Shown here in pieces: positions 13,569 through 27,130 of a DNA stretch of 64,000 nt; the stretch's first letter is position 1; each line of letters starts with the position of its first letter. Origin of the DNA: Octopus vulgaris. Taxonomy: Eukaryota. The notes beneath the pieces were generated by a model. That model did not search any database and was not told where the DNA came from. It worked only from the letters and a program-made list of their open reading frames with translations. The stretch covers positions 79,670,001-79,734,000 of the forward strand of contig OX597814.1 in assembly GCA_951406725.2 (NCBI GenBank), written 5' to 3'. The position numbers were made by a program, and so were the translations under genes.

Positions 13569-13790
13569 AAAATAAATATAAGAGAGTGGTCACTATATTG
13601 CTCACTCTAGCACCAGTTAATCCAAAAGGTTTCAACCACGAAAATACATGTTTCCCATGAAAGTCAGTACGATTGTTAGCTAACAATCGTACTGACTTTC
13701 ATGGGAAACATGTATTTTCGTGGTTGAAACCTTTTGGATTAACTGGTGCTAGAGTGAGCAATATAGTGACCACTCTCTTATATTTATTTT
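13569..13790. repeat. Perfect 222-bp palindrome (111-bp arms, no spacer)
   Basis: Centre ...gattgttag|ctaacaatc... at 13679/13680; arms match base for base on manual comparison. Confidence 0.95.
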
Positions 13791-13794
13791 ATAT

Positions 13795-13828
<34 letters not shown>

Positions 13829-13918
13829 CTTAATCCAAACATGCAAGCACAAAAAAACACAACACCGCGAGGACGTGGAACAAATATAGTATTTTTGGAC
13901 GCTCAGGAAAGAAGGAGG

Positions 13919-13953
13919 GTTTAACGTTTCGAGCGGAGCTCTTCGTCGGAAAC
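13919..13953 (-). ncRNA. Minimal hammerhead-like motif, U4C core variant
   Basis: GTTT-CCGACGA-A-GAGC-TCC-GCTC-GAAAC-GTT-AAAC; stems I and II pair perfectly; stem III is the palindrome AACGTT. Confidence 0.7.
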
Positions 13954-14341
13954 GTAGGAGAAGGAAAGATCCAGACAAGGGAAGACAGACGAAAAAAATC
14001 GCCAACAGTACACACGCGGTCACATACACACACACACACACACACACATGTATTTGTTTGTGCGTCTGTGTTTGTCCCCTCAGCATCGCTTAACAAGCGA
14101 TGCTGGTGTGTTTATGTCCCCGTAACTAGTGGTTCGGCAAAAGAGATCGATAGAATAAGTACTAGGCTTACAAAGAATAAGTCCTGGAGCCGATTTGCTC
14201 GACTAAAGCCGGTGCTCCTGCATGGCCACATTCAAATGACAAATAAAACCATAAAACAAGGTTTTTATAGCAAGGTACACACACACACATACATACATAC
14301 ATACATACAGACATACATACATACATACATACATACATACA

Positions 14342-14374
<33 letters not shown>

Positions 14375-14769
14375 CTCTGTTCGGTATCCTAACTCCCGCT
14401 CAAGCCACCAATTGATATGTAAATACATATATTGGATAGGTTAGAAGGCTAGAGAAAAGAGCAGATGACGAATGCATAAACAAGAAAAAATGAAAAATAC
14501 AAGCAAATGGTGTATGTTAAAACTAAGAATATATAAACAAAGAAAGAGAACAGGGACAAATATTCCCACCATATCGTATGTTAATATACGTTCATACAGC
14601 GACAAGAAATGATTTATAATAACAAATATTTACTCAGCATGAAGTCTAGTTACGGATGTGATATACATACATATATATAGATATGTATGTTTATGTATAT
14701 GCAATTCACAGACACAGACAAACTCACACACATGCACGTGCACACATAAACACACACACATAATATACA

Positions 14770-14808
<39 letters not shown>

Positions 14809-14842
14809 GGTGTGTATATGTATATATGTATGTATGTATGTA

Positions 14843-14927
<85 letters not shown>

Positions 14928-14973
14928 CATATATACAGAGAGAAAGGGAGAGATGTATACATATATACACCCA

Positions 14974-15037
<64 letters not shown>

Positions 15038-15296
15038 AATATATATATATATATACACACATACATATAAATAGACACATATATATGAAGAGGGAAAGAA
15101 AGAGAGAGATATACATATACATATGTACATACATATACATAAGTATATTTCTATATCTCTATCTACGTAGTTATCTGTATGGCTGAGTGCATGTGTGCGC
15201 GTGCTTGTGGATGTATTTGTGCATACGTGTGTTTGCGTGCATGCATGTACGTGCAGGCTTCTGTGTGTGAATGTTTGTGTGTGCGTGTGTGTGTGT

Positions 15297-15329
<33 letters not shown>

Positions 15330-15526
15330 ATTGTATCGCTGTCTTGATATTTTGCTGTGATGGATGTCAATACACGCAAACTCATTGTAACTGACATGGG
15401 ATCATTGTTCATGTTCCTCGAACCATTTTAAATTATGCTGTAGTGTGAGTATGTATGTGTGTGCGTACGTATTCATGCATACTTATATGTGTATATATAA
15501 CTACATACACATACATACACCCGGAA

Positions 15527-15565
<39 letters not shown>

Positions 15566-15866
15566 TGCTTGTTGTATGTACAAACGTGTATGACATATGA
15601 CGCATGATCTTATAAGTGTTCATGCTTGTGTGAACGTATAGATATATAGTCACACACATATACGCACACAAACTATACAGTATATACGTATGTATATGTA
15701 TACATGTGTGGCATTGTTTGTGTTATATATATACATATGAGAGAGAGAAATACTTATGTATATATAAATATCTAAGTACATGATCTAAGTACATGTACAA
15801 AGTTATACATACATACATACATACATACATACACAAATACAAACATACATGCATGTATGAATGTAG

Positions 15867-15897
<31 letters not shown>

Positions 15898-15911
15898 TGT
15901 ATGTATGTATG

Positions 15912-15963
<52 letters not shown>

Positions 15964-15985
15964 CGTCTATCTATCTATCTATCTA

Positions 15986-17554
15986 CACTTGCGAACACCA
16001 TACAAATTATTTTTATCTTTTACACCTTATGTAGAATTTATTTCTATTTTGAATAATGCAGACAATAATTATTTTTATATAACTTGAAGAATTCTAATGC
16101 TAAATTAAAATAAACGTTTCAAATTTGCCGGTAAAATTAGTTTAAAACCATGTAATATGTATGCAATTTTTTTTGCCAAATTGGGTGGTCACACAGCTAG
16201 CCTAACTGCACTATATAGTGTTATAACTTAACGTTCTTATACAATTAATAATGGGAAAACAACGTAGCCTCAGTCCAGTTACGAGAACAAAAATTGTATT
16301 ACACCACTAGCTAAAAGTTTCTTTTTCGAACATCAGTAAGCAACTAAAGTGCAGTAAAGCGGCTTGCGTGCAAGCGTGGAAGTTATACTTGGTGACTGGT
16401 CAATATATAGATCAGCAAAGTACTGGCGCCCCAAGAAAAAACGACGGCGCAGTTGGACCGTCGAATCCACCGACTTTCGGAATGCAACCGAATGCTGACA
16501 GCCGTTGACATTTGTTAACAATTGTCCAACGAACGAGAATGGTGTTATTTTTACACCACAAACCGTCCGCAACCGTTTGAGAGAATTTGGACTACATGGA
16601 CGAATCGCTAGGAAAAAGCCAGTAATATCCGAAAGAAATCGACTCAAGCGCCTTAATTTCACAAAAAGCCATGCTCAATGGACTGCCGAAGATTGCTGCA
16701 GGGCCCTTTGAATTGACGAGTCACACTTCTGTATATTTGGATCAGATGGCAAAATATACGCCAGACGTCACCCAAGTGAGGAATTCCATCCGAAATGCGT
16801 GAAAAAGACGGCGCAAGCGGGGGGTGGGGCTGTGATGGTGTTGGTGGTACTTAGTAGGTTTGGTGTTGGACCTCTAGTTAAAGTTGATTGAAAACTAAAT
16901 AGTGCAGGTTATATGAATCTACTAAAGGGTAATGTTGTGTCATATTTGACTCACCAAATGCCTCCAGGGACTATTTATCAGCTGAACAATAGTCCTGTGC
17001 ACAAAGCCAAAAAGGTTATGGAATTTTTTCATCACCATGATATTGACGTAATCGAATGGCCTCCCTAGAGCCCGGACCTGAATCCCATCGAGAACTTGTG
17101 GAATTGTTTCCAAAAATGTCCATGCTAAAAAAACATCTAATCTAAAACAATTATTCGATTATATCAATGAAACATTCCCATAGAATTTTGTAATCACTTA
17201 GCGAGTTCAATTCTGAGGCGTTGTTCAGCCGTTATTAAAAGTAAAGGCTACGGCACAAAGTACTAATATGGATTTCGTTCTTGTTGCTCATTTTTGCAAG
17301 AATCTTAAACTTTAAATAAAATTATAATGATTTGGCCTTAAACTAAATTTGACGATAAATTTGAAACGTTTATATTAATTTGGCATTAGAATTCTTCAAG
17401 TTGAATAAAAATAGTTATTGTCTGCATCATTCGAAAGAGTAATAAATTCTGCATAAGGTGTAAAAGATAAAAATAATTTGTATGAGGTTAGTAACTAAAT
17501 ATTTTGTAAGAAATAGAACTTTTATCATCGGTCTTAAATCTATTTTCGCCAGTG
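15986..17554 (+). mobile_element. Tc1-like DNA transposon (DD34E) with long TIRs and disrupted transposase at about 16251-17266
   Basis: TA-flanked ends cacttgcgaa / ttcgccagtg; at least 150-bp inverted repeats; motifs RNRLREFGLHGRIARKKP, DESHF..FGSDG, SPDLNPIENLW, GYGTKY*. Confidence 0.92.
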
Positions 17555-17681
17555 TATATACATAAATAGATAGTTATACATAGTGACTCAGAGACAAGTT
17601 AAAGAATAAACGAGAAAGAATAGATAGATAGATAAATATTTAGATACATAGATACATAGACAAGCAGACAGACAGACAGAC

Positions 17682-17726
<45 letters not shown>

Positions 17727-17799
17727 TATACATAGATACATAGATAGATAGATAGATAGATAGAAGACTGGCTTCCACACAGTTTCGTCTATCAAATTC

Positions 17800-18250
17800 A
17801 TACACAAGTAGGTCTTCTTTTCAGTAGTGTTATTACGTAGCGTTGCTGTAAATTCTGCCTCATATATGATGGATTTAATCACACTTTCCAGATCAACTGG
17901 ACAGTCATAACGTGGAGTAGGTTATATCGGGCTACGTGAAGGCAACTTCAGAAATCGCTATGCTAACCTCATATCTTTTTTCCAACATAAGAAGAAAAGT
18001 AAAGTCACTAAGTTAGTTAGCTACTTATGGGGTTTGAAGCCTAACGCCACACCACATACAATAAAGCAGAAAATAGCTGAAAAATCAGCACCATATGTCA
18101 AACGTATCAAAAAATGTAAGCCATGCGTAGCTGAAAAAAAAATCGAGCCTTCTCAGATTTAAGAAGTCTACCACACTACTGAATTCCAAATTTGAATTTT
18201 TCAGGGATTGTAAATATATGGATAAGTTCCTGTTGGCGAATCGGAAAGTA
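17800..18250. pseudogene. Penelope-like GIY-YIG endonuclease remnant with inverted 5' segment
   Basis: Minus 17908-17800: DCPVDLESVIKSIIYEAEF...KKTYLC; plus from about 17920: GYIGLREGNFRNRY...TKLVSYLWGLK...KCKPCVAEK, then LNSKFEFFRDCKY. Confidence 0.85.
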
Positions 18251-18501
18251 GCAGCCTCTCGTGTATCGCTGACTCTTGGTCGCTATCCTTTCAACTTTCA
18301 GAATTTACGGTTAAAGGAGATATAACTCTAATTCTCACCCCACCACCTTTGCTTCGATTTCTTGTTTTTCAACTTTCAGTCATTTACATTTACTACTTTC
18401 TCGCCTTTATCCGTTTCTTCTCTTGTCCTATTGTCCTGTTTTTAGCTTGTTATACCATGTGAGCACAGCCGCGGATCGCGCCAAGGCACCAGACATTTTA
18501 A

Positions 18502-18564
<63 letters not shown>

Positions 18565-18736
18565 ATCATAAGGGCGCACAAGGCGCCCACCTGCCAGAAA
18601 GGGGAGTTAAAACCCTCATTTAAACCACCAATAGCACTGAAAAATACGACAGAAAATCAACAGTAGTCGGGCAAAAGGGTTAAAGAATTTTTGACATATC
18701 AATGAAGCCCAGTGCTATATTTTGGTATTTGGATAT

Positions 18737-18789
18737 ACTTGGATCATGATTTCTGGTTGTGACGAAAAGCCTTACTTTCATCAGCAAGT
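18737..18789 (-). ncRNA. Type I hammerhead-like motif with decayed stem II
   Basis: ACTTG-CTGATGA-...-A-GAAA-TCATGA-TC-CAAGT; 5-bp stem I, palindrome ATCATGAT, AUC triplet. Confidence 0.65.
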
Positions 18790-19079
18790 CTTACCAATTG
18801 AAAAAAAATTTCCACTCGTCACGTTGAAGTCTGCCGCCATTCTGAATTGTTTTGCGCCAAAATCAGAACAGCTTCAGTGCAAATATATTTATAAGGACTA
18901 AATATTCAGACGTGAATATTTATACAGCTATTGTTATTGTTATTATCTGCGGTAATATAATTTGTTGATAATAACAAAAACAATAATAATATAGGTGGTT
19001 TCAGGCCTTAAATAGCATTAGATAGCTATATAATTAAAATTTATATCAATCATGTACACACACACATATATACATACAC

Positions 19080-19160
<81 letters not shown>

Positions 19161-19161
<1 letters not shown>

Positions 19162-20414
19162 TGGGTGCGGTGAATAAATTGTCGTCTAAATTACGCAAAA
19201 ATGAAAATAACATTGACATGTCCTTTTAACAGATATACTTATCAAAATCACATAAAAATATCTTGAAATACTAAAGAGTAAATTTATTGAACTATATCAC
19301 CATTGGCTTCAACTATGGCCTTCAGAAACTTCGGAATCTCCTGCAACTCTTCTGAATGGTCTCTTTGTATAAGTTTGTGAATGCTGTCATATTCCTTGCC
19401 TTCAGTTCATTTTTCGTGTCGCAAGGAGTTTTGTTGATCTCTCGCTGAAATGCGCCCCACACATAATAATGAAAGGGGTTGGAGTCTGGGGGAATTAGGT
19501 GGCTAGATGTTAGGGGTGATGTTTTCGTAGAAATTGTCTGACAGCCATGACTGGTTTCTCTTGCTTGTATGTGATTGCACAGAGACCTGTTGCTAAACAT
19601 ATGGTCTTCCAGCAGCCACACTCTTGACCCAGGGCAGCACTATCTCCTCCAGGCACCTGATGTAGGCCTCCGTATTGAGTCTGAGGCCATCTAAGAAGAT
19701 GAATAGAGACATTCAAACACCATGATGTTGACTGGATATTAGATTTTTATCATTCTCGGCACATGTTTTAGGGTCACAGCAAGTCAACGGTTGTTCTATG
19801 TGTTCACCATCTGATCCTGGCAGAAATTTTTCTCATCAGAGAAAAACCAAAGCATATTCGGTTGCAGGGGATGTTTAAGTTTGTTCAAAAGCTCCATAGA
19901 GCGGTCTTTCTTTTTTGTTAACCTTGATGGCTTGGGATAAAAATTGGCCCTTTCTCATCTTGTATGAGGAATATGTGCTTGATAAGAAACTGAGACACTC
20001 CTATGTCCCTGGCGATGGACCTGATTGACTTGGAGGGACTGTTGCCAATCATGGCCTGGATCTTAACAACAAATTCAGGAGTTCTTTTCTTATGAGAACG
20101 ATCAGAGTGAATTTTCCGAGCTGCCATACCTTCGTAATCACCATTAGACTCATCTAACTCTTTCCGAATTCTCTGCACTGTCCACAGATTGACACCCAAA
20201 CACTCTGAGGTGTTCGTATTGGAGCTTTGGGTGCGAATGCCAAGCAGTACACCATGTCGTTTCCAAACTTCTGGAATTGCGTCATGGTGATGTTTTTCTC
20301 ACAAACGGTGCCCAGCTGACCCTACTATACTGTGTAGTCGACAAAATCAAAGACAAAGAATGTGCATGCGTGAGATTAAAAATATAATGGCGATAAATTA
20401 CTCATTGCACCCTG
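19161..20414 (-). mobile_element. Tc1/mariner-superfamily transposon (DD37D/maT-like), degraded
   Basis: Imperfect TIRs c(t/a)gggtgc in (TA)n; HTH region in ORF 19918-20199; FSDEK; PPDSNPFHYYVWG in ORF 19322-19621. Confidence 0.88.
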
Positions 20415-20438
20415 TATATATGTATATATATATATATA

Positions 20439-20489
<51 letters not shown>

Positions 20490-21849
20490 GCACACACGCA
20501 CACACAAACACTCACACACACACAGATATATATACATATATATATATACTTATACATACATATGTATATTTATAAACCCTTTGTTTTTTTTATACCATCT
20601 CTCCATTTCTTTGCGTATTCTGTGACGGTGAATCTGGAAACTTCCAAAGGGATTTCTGGTTTTGGGATTAAACAGCAACGGTCTCTGTCATGCGGCTGGA
20701 TGGCTTTTATTTCATCATTTAGACAAAAGGAAGGCTATTGTCTTAGCAGTGCCTCTGAGACTGATAGGAAAGAGAGAGGGAGGAAGTTATCCTGAAACAA
20801 AAGAACTCTTCTGAATGCTTGCAACAGTGTAAACGCCACTAAAACCACCCAAGATACATGTCAGTGGTAGTAAATCGGGTCTAGGATTTGAACTCAGAAC
20901 ACGAAGAGACAGAGCAAATACAAGTCATTTTAGTCTGATATGATATTCGTTTTGTTCTCTCAGTCCTCCATTTTGGATTAGTCATTTTGTTTATCGAACT
21001 GTAAAGGATAAAAGGATGAAAGGCGAGATTTGAACTCGGAGCGCAGATAATGGGAAAAAAAATTCTATTAACTTGTAGCATACGGTGCTCATTCCAAGAA
21101 GCTATTCTTGTCTACGTATTTTGCAGTCCGATCCCATCTACTCTTTGATCAATATGTCGTTTGAGAAATCCTCGCACATTTCATAAGCGGAACGCATCAG
21201 CTTTCTTGTTGGCTTTGCAACGAGCTGTAAATTTCGTATTATTCGGAGACAGGATTCCTCACAGCGTGATAAACTTCATTTCACACGAGATTTACTTCTT
21301 ACTACCGGAATTAGAGTTTCACGTGCTTTGATTGTTTTTTGAATCTTTACTGGGGTGGAGGTGACTATTTTCGTTTTTATTTCCATCCGTCGCTAAGGTT
21401 AGCTTGTTTCCCTAGGTCTTCATCTGATATACATCCATTCAAATGGATTGACGCTATTGTTGTGAAGGTGAGAGGCGTATGCCATTTACTTTCCGCTGTT
21501 GGTTTTCTTATTTATCACTTTTTCGTCCTTATGTCACTGCTGGTTGTGAAGGAATCTCCAAGAGGAAATCCTTTGGACTCCTGGTTAATTCCTGAAATAA
21601 GGTGAAGACGATGTCCGCCGACGTCCATAATCGTCTTTGGAGTAGCAGTTATCTTGGTTTGATATTTTTGTTTCTTTTAAATTTTCCAGACACAAGACAG
21701 GAGATAACAAGTATTTACAATTGTTTAAATTGTAAGCTACTATATTATTTTTCTCCAATTTTCTTAACATACATTATGCTTACATACATACATGCCTACA
21801 TATATACATGCATACAAACATAATACATACATATATACACACTTACATA

Positions 21850-22230
21850 CATTCTGATTATGAAATGTCATTTGTACCTATAATCATAGGTGCATTACGT
21901 TACGTAAACAACAAAAACCTAGAAATAGTCGGTTCACAAAGAAAGAGCAAAAAAAAATATACTGACGCAGTTTCCACAAATCCAATCTATTTGAGGCACA
22001 ATGAAGATTCTGTAGGACATTCCCAAAATTTCCCATCTGAGATTCTTATGTGATTAGATTCACACACCTGGGTGTATGCATCGACAGTTCAGTTCAACCA
22101 AAACACCAACTCAACCACATGTTTACAAACACAGGGAACTCTCTTAACTGAAAAAGTCTTGTTGTTTTGATAGCAGCCGGCTTGAACTCTGTCAAGAACT
22201 TAAAAAACACAAAGAAAGATCATACATGCA
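21850..22230 (+). pseudogene. R4/Dong-like C-terminal fragment plus 3' UTR
   Basis: DYEMSFVPIIIGALRYV (PIIIGALG motif); 5' end abuts a (CATA)n tract and the 3' end runs into catacat. Confidence 0.7.
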
Positions 22231-22277
22231 TGCATACGTAGATATATGCATACATACATACAAAGAGCGGAAGAGAG

Positions 22278-22326
<49 letters not shown>

Positions 22327-22847
22327 TAGAGGGAAAGAGAGAGAGGAAGAGAGAGAGACACACACACACAAAGAGAGAACAATGGTTTCAAATTGGTACC
22401 CCTTTATTTCAGCTGTTCCATCATATACTTCAGCGTCCGGTAACACACGATGTCATCCCGTAGATGCAACTCAAAAGAACAGCATGCATAAAGCAAACAC
22501 ATCCCCGCTTCTCTGTGTTTGCATATATATGCTGCCCTAATAAAGGTGCATCATCATGTGTTGCTGTACTCTGAAACATATTTAACAGATGAAATGAAAG
22601 AGTACCAAGTTGAAGACCATGTTATTTTTCCTCTCATTGCTGATGTACTCTTATATTAAGTTATAGCCCAATTTAGGATGCGCAGGCCCCCGTGTCAATA
22701 CGCAAAAGAGAGAGCTTAGCGCGATTAAGAGCCGGAACTAGAATGGAATAATTGCCACACTCTGAGCGCATCCTATCACACACACAATAAACTTTCTGGT
22801 ATCTTCCGGCCGTCACATGAATCATACAGACACACACACACTCACAA

Positions 22848-22913
<66 letters not shown>

Positions 22914-22954
22914 TTATAATCATAAATAAACGTACGTATAAATGTATGTATGTA

Positions 22955-23005
<51 letters not shown>

Positions 23006-23403
23006 ATGTATGTACGTATATATGTGTGAATGTATGCATTATGAATGTACGCATGTATCTCTGAATGATTCATAAAAAGCGCAAATAGCTGTTTTGCCAC
23101 GTAATATTTTTAACGTTTTATGTCTGCGATGCAGTGAGAAACTCCATCACTTCACATATAACCGATTAAACACGTTTTAATCGAATGCAAATAAACACAT
23201 GACGACAATGTAATAATTGTATTTATCATCTTGTAGTCTGCTGTCATACTTAGCATTTTTTGTGCATGCGTACGTACATACATCTATTGCACATGTCCCT
23301 TCATATTATTGTCATTATTATTATATACTTACATTAATGTGTCTAATGTATCCGTATATTCATAAATGCATACAATGTATGTGTGACTGCATCATGTGCG
23401 TAT

Positions 23404-23446
<43 letters not shown>

Positions 23447-24281
23447 CATATATATATACATATACATAAATGTATATATGTATGTATATGCATGTATGAA
23501 TATGCATATATGTGTGTGTATGCTCATAAATATACATATACGTATATCGTTCTATATGTGTGTGCATGAGTAGCAACAGAAACGTCTAGAAACTCTATTA
23601 ACAAATTCGATTTTTAGCTGTTTATATTCTCTAATGGCTTGTCTAGTAAATATAGAAAGTTTGAGTTAAATGTATTTCCTATGCTAAATAATAATAAAAA
23701 AAAGAGAAGGAAGACAATTTGTTATTCATTCCGAACAACTTCGCTTCACTCTTGGCATAGACATCTCGTACCTCATTCGCCTTACACCTTATTATTATAA
23801 GAGCCAAACACACTGGCGTTCAATAAATGATTTAATAGACATTCCGATTGTTTGTTTCACCAAACATGCATAAATGTGTTGGCAGGCTGAGCAAGAAGGA
23901 TAATAAGTTCGCTTCGCAACCACGTTGTTCTGCGTTTCGCGTATGGTCCAGCAGTTTGAATAATTTTTTGGCAGCTACATCTTGGTGTAACCACGGATTG
24001 ACCAATAACTGGCGAGCGAAATTTGTTAGGAATTTGTACCCATCCCCACGCCGACGCAAACATAACACACACACATGCATACCTAAATACGTGTATGTAC
24101 ACGTATAAGTGTGAAGAAGTGAATAAAAGGGTGAGAACTCAAAACTAAAAAATATCTTGATGTCAGCTACCAGAAACTAAAACATCAATAATCGCTACTC
24201 ATCAAAAATAGCTCGGTATAATAGTTTTTTTTTAGTGTTTCAACTTGCAATAAGTTACAAATACACACATACACACACACT

Positions 24282-24445
24282 TTTTATCTTTCATCTTCTA
24301 CATATTTCAGTCATTAAACTGCAGCCATGCTGGGACAGCTTTGAGGAATTTTAGTCGAATGAATCAAGCGCAGCTATTTTGTGTCAAACGTGGTCCTTAT
24401 TCCACCGGTTGTTTTTGCCGAACCGCTAGGTAACAAGGACAAACA
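24282..24445 (-). mobile_element. SINE family A, 3' fragment
   Basis: cagccatgctgggacagc...ttttagtcgaa...tttttgccgaaccgctagg. Confidence 0.7.
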
Positions 24446-24910
24446 CATATACATACACAAACACATATATATGCATATCACTAGAGAACTGTATCGGCTA
24501 GACTACTGGATGTTACTATAGACTGCGGGACTCAATGGAGTTCCTCGTTTTGTCGTAGCTTTCGAATGACGCCACCCTGCTGACTAGGCGAGTCGGTCAA
24601 CATTATCCCTATCGCTGGGTTGCCAATTTACTGTTATCTAAAATAAAGTACAATGAAAGTAGAGTTTGAAGCAAGTTAGGGCTCTTGAAAATCTGATGCA
24701 GTCTTTACATATATATATATATATGCGAATGTTTATTAGACTATTTTCCTTAGTCATTTGCACAGTGATCGCTATAAGCTTCAAGCATATAAAAAATACC
24801 ATTATGATCATTTACACACACACGCACACACACATGCATACATGCATACATACATACATTCATATATATATATATACATGAATACATACATACATACATA
24901 CATACATACA

Positions 24911-24942
<32 letters not shown>

Positions 24943-25584
24943 CATACATACATACATAAACACTCATATATTCGTATAAAACTTATCAAATTCTGAAATA
25001 TATGTTTGCTTGAAGTTAGCTAATTAGGATAATATTCATTTCTGACATTGACATCAAGGATACTGATTACAATAATAATTTATGAAATATTTTATGAAAT
25101 ATCAAAAGTTGGTCGTGATTATAAACTGCAATGAAAAATAAGAATAAATCATACACACATACACACACTTGCGCATATACCGTACACACACAGACAAGCA
25201 GACACATAGGCACTTACACATTTTGTGTATTTTGTTGTATAAAATATATATAAAAGTGCTCTAAAACTTTTGTGCTAAATCTGTGCTGTGACTAATTTAC
25301 ATATACAATATGCAAGGTAAACAGGATGTGCTGTATTGTAATAGAAGTGTCCAGCCTTTTTACACAGTGTTACACTGGTTCCTGCTGAGGTTCACGTTCA
25401 ATGAGTAAGTAGTTAGGGTGATCGAACAACGAAACACCCATCACCGAAAGTGGAGTCCGTTTACTTATTTACTAATCATTGTACTGACAATGGCTATATT
25501 TTGTCCTTTTTCGATAGAGGTCTGAAAAAACTAGAACCCAGTGAGATCTATGCTACATTTTTCTGCTTGTAGAGTGTTACTGTG

Positions 25585-25617
<33 letters not shown>

Positions 25618-25639
25618 TATATATATATATATTCATTTA

Positions 25640-26200
25640 GTTTATCAATGCAGCATTTTGTCTTAGGTTTCTGAACGGGAATTATAGATATGGTAATTTC
25701 TGTCGTCTATTTTGATTAGGCTGTTTGCTTTGTCCACAGGGATAAATATATTTTTTTCTGATTTGCTAATGGCCATCAGTTTGGATTGAAGATGTGATAG
25801 GAAATCGTTATTAACTGTTCTAAATTTCATGCTTTTAATTATGAAGTAGAGGTCATTTTCTGTTGTTAGATGAGAATATATTGGACCAGATTATGAGTGT
25901 GTTATTGGTAACAATAAAGTGTTCTTGTTTGTCGAAGTAATGGTCTCTTAGCAAGGACAATTGATGAAATTTTCATTCCGTCCTAAAGTAATTTGGGTAA
26001 AGTTTTCAATGGAAAGATTGGAATGTTTTCAGTTCGAGAATTATGAAATCTTGAGGTTTTATAACTGTTGTTTTATGTTTTTATTCATGGAAAGAGAAAA
26101 ATAATGCATTGATTCAGAGTGGATATATCTATTTTTAAGAACAGTGTTTTTTCTAAATAATTTGCGAGAGTAATTAGGTTGTGAAAAAATTTAAGATTTA
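25640..26200 (-). pseudogene. Penelope-like RT N-terminal remnant
   Basis: Minus translation KSMKFRTVNNDFLSHLQSKL...NIFIPVDKANSLIKID.RNY resembles the PLE (V/I)PADK motif; directly borders (TA)n. Confidence 0.6.
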
Positions 26201-26395
26201 TTTCTGATAAGGGGAAATGGATGACGGAAAATTCAATGGTAGGAAAGATTTCAATACATGATAGATATAAGTAACTGTTCTCAGATGTAGGTATGACTGG
26301 AGAGGAAATAGTATCACTGAGTATACAAATGTAGAAAGTATGTATGTACAGGCGTGTATACGTGTGTGTGCGCGCGTGTGGATAATAATAATAAT

Positions 26396-26428
<33 letters not shown>

Positions 26429-26431
26429 AAC

Positions 26432-26464
<33 letters not shown>

Positions 26465-26511
26465 CATAATAATAATAATTATAATAATAATAATAATAAA
26501 TACTGATGATG

Positions 26512-26569
<58 letters not shown>

Positions 26570-26570
<1 letters not shown>

Positions 26571-27130
26571 CCTTTCTACTAAAGCACAAGGCCTGAAATT
26601 TGGGGGCAGGGGGATTGTCGATTACATCGACCCAGTATTCAACTGGTCCTTAATTTATCGACTGGGAAAGGTTGAAAAGTAAATTCAACCTCGGCTGAAT
26701 TTGAACTGGCAGAACTGTCAACACGCCAGGCAAAATGCCTAACAGCATTTCTTCAGTCTTTTTGTTCTGAGCACAAACTCCGTCGAGGTTGACTTCACCT
26801 TTCATCCTTGTGAGGTCGATAAAATAAGCACCAGTCAAACACTGGGGTCGATGTAATCGATTTAACTCTTCCTCTGTAATTGCTGGTCTTGTGCCAAAAT
26901 TTGAAACTATTATTTCCACTAGGGCGACAAACCGGTAGAGTCGTTAGCGGGCCGGACAAAGTGCTTAGCGGCATTTCCCGTGTCTTTACCTTTTGAATTC
27001 AAATCCTGCGGAAATCGTCTTTGCTTTATGAGATCAATAAAATAAGTACCAGCTGAGTACTGGAGTCGATGTAATCGGCTAGTTCACTTCCCCCAAATTT
27101 CAGGCCTTGTACATATAATAGAAAGAAGTA
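26570..27130. mobile_element. Cluster of three SINE family B copies (26570-26708 -, 26708-26912 +, 26921-27130 +)
   Basis: Each carries gtcgatgtaatcg and ataagtaccag-type motifs; the first ends in (AAT)n. Confidence 0.8.

Larger units (their letters stand above)
12897..14255 (+). mobile_element. SINE family A split by about 1 kb of nested inserts in its internal (TA)n
   Basis: 5' part 12897-12975 (atagcctcgggccgaccaaagc...aaagaagcccgtc) resumes at about 14050 (gtgtttgtcccc...gttcggcaaaagagatcgatagaataagtactagg). Confidence 0.8.
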
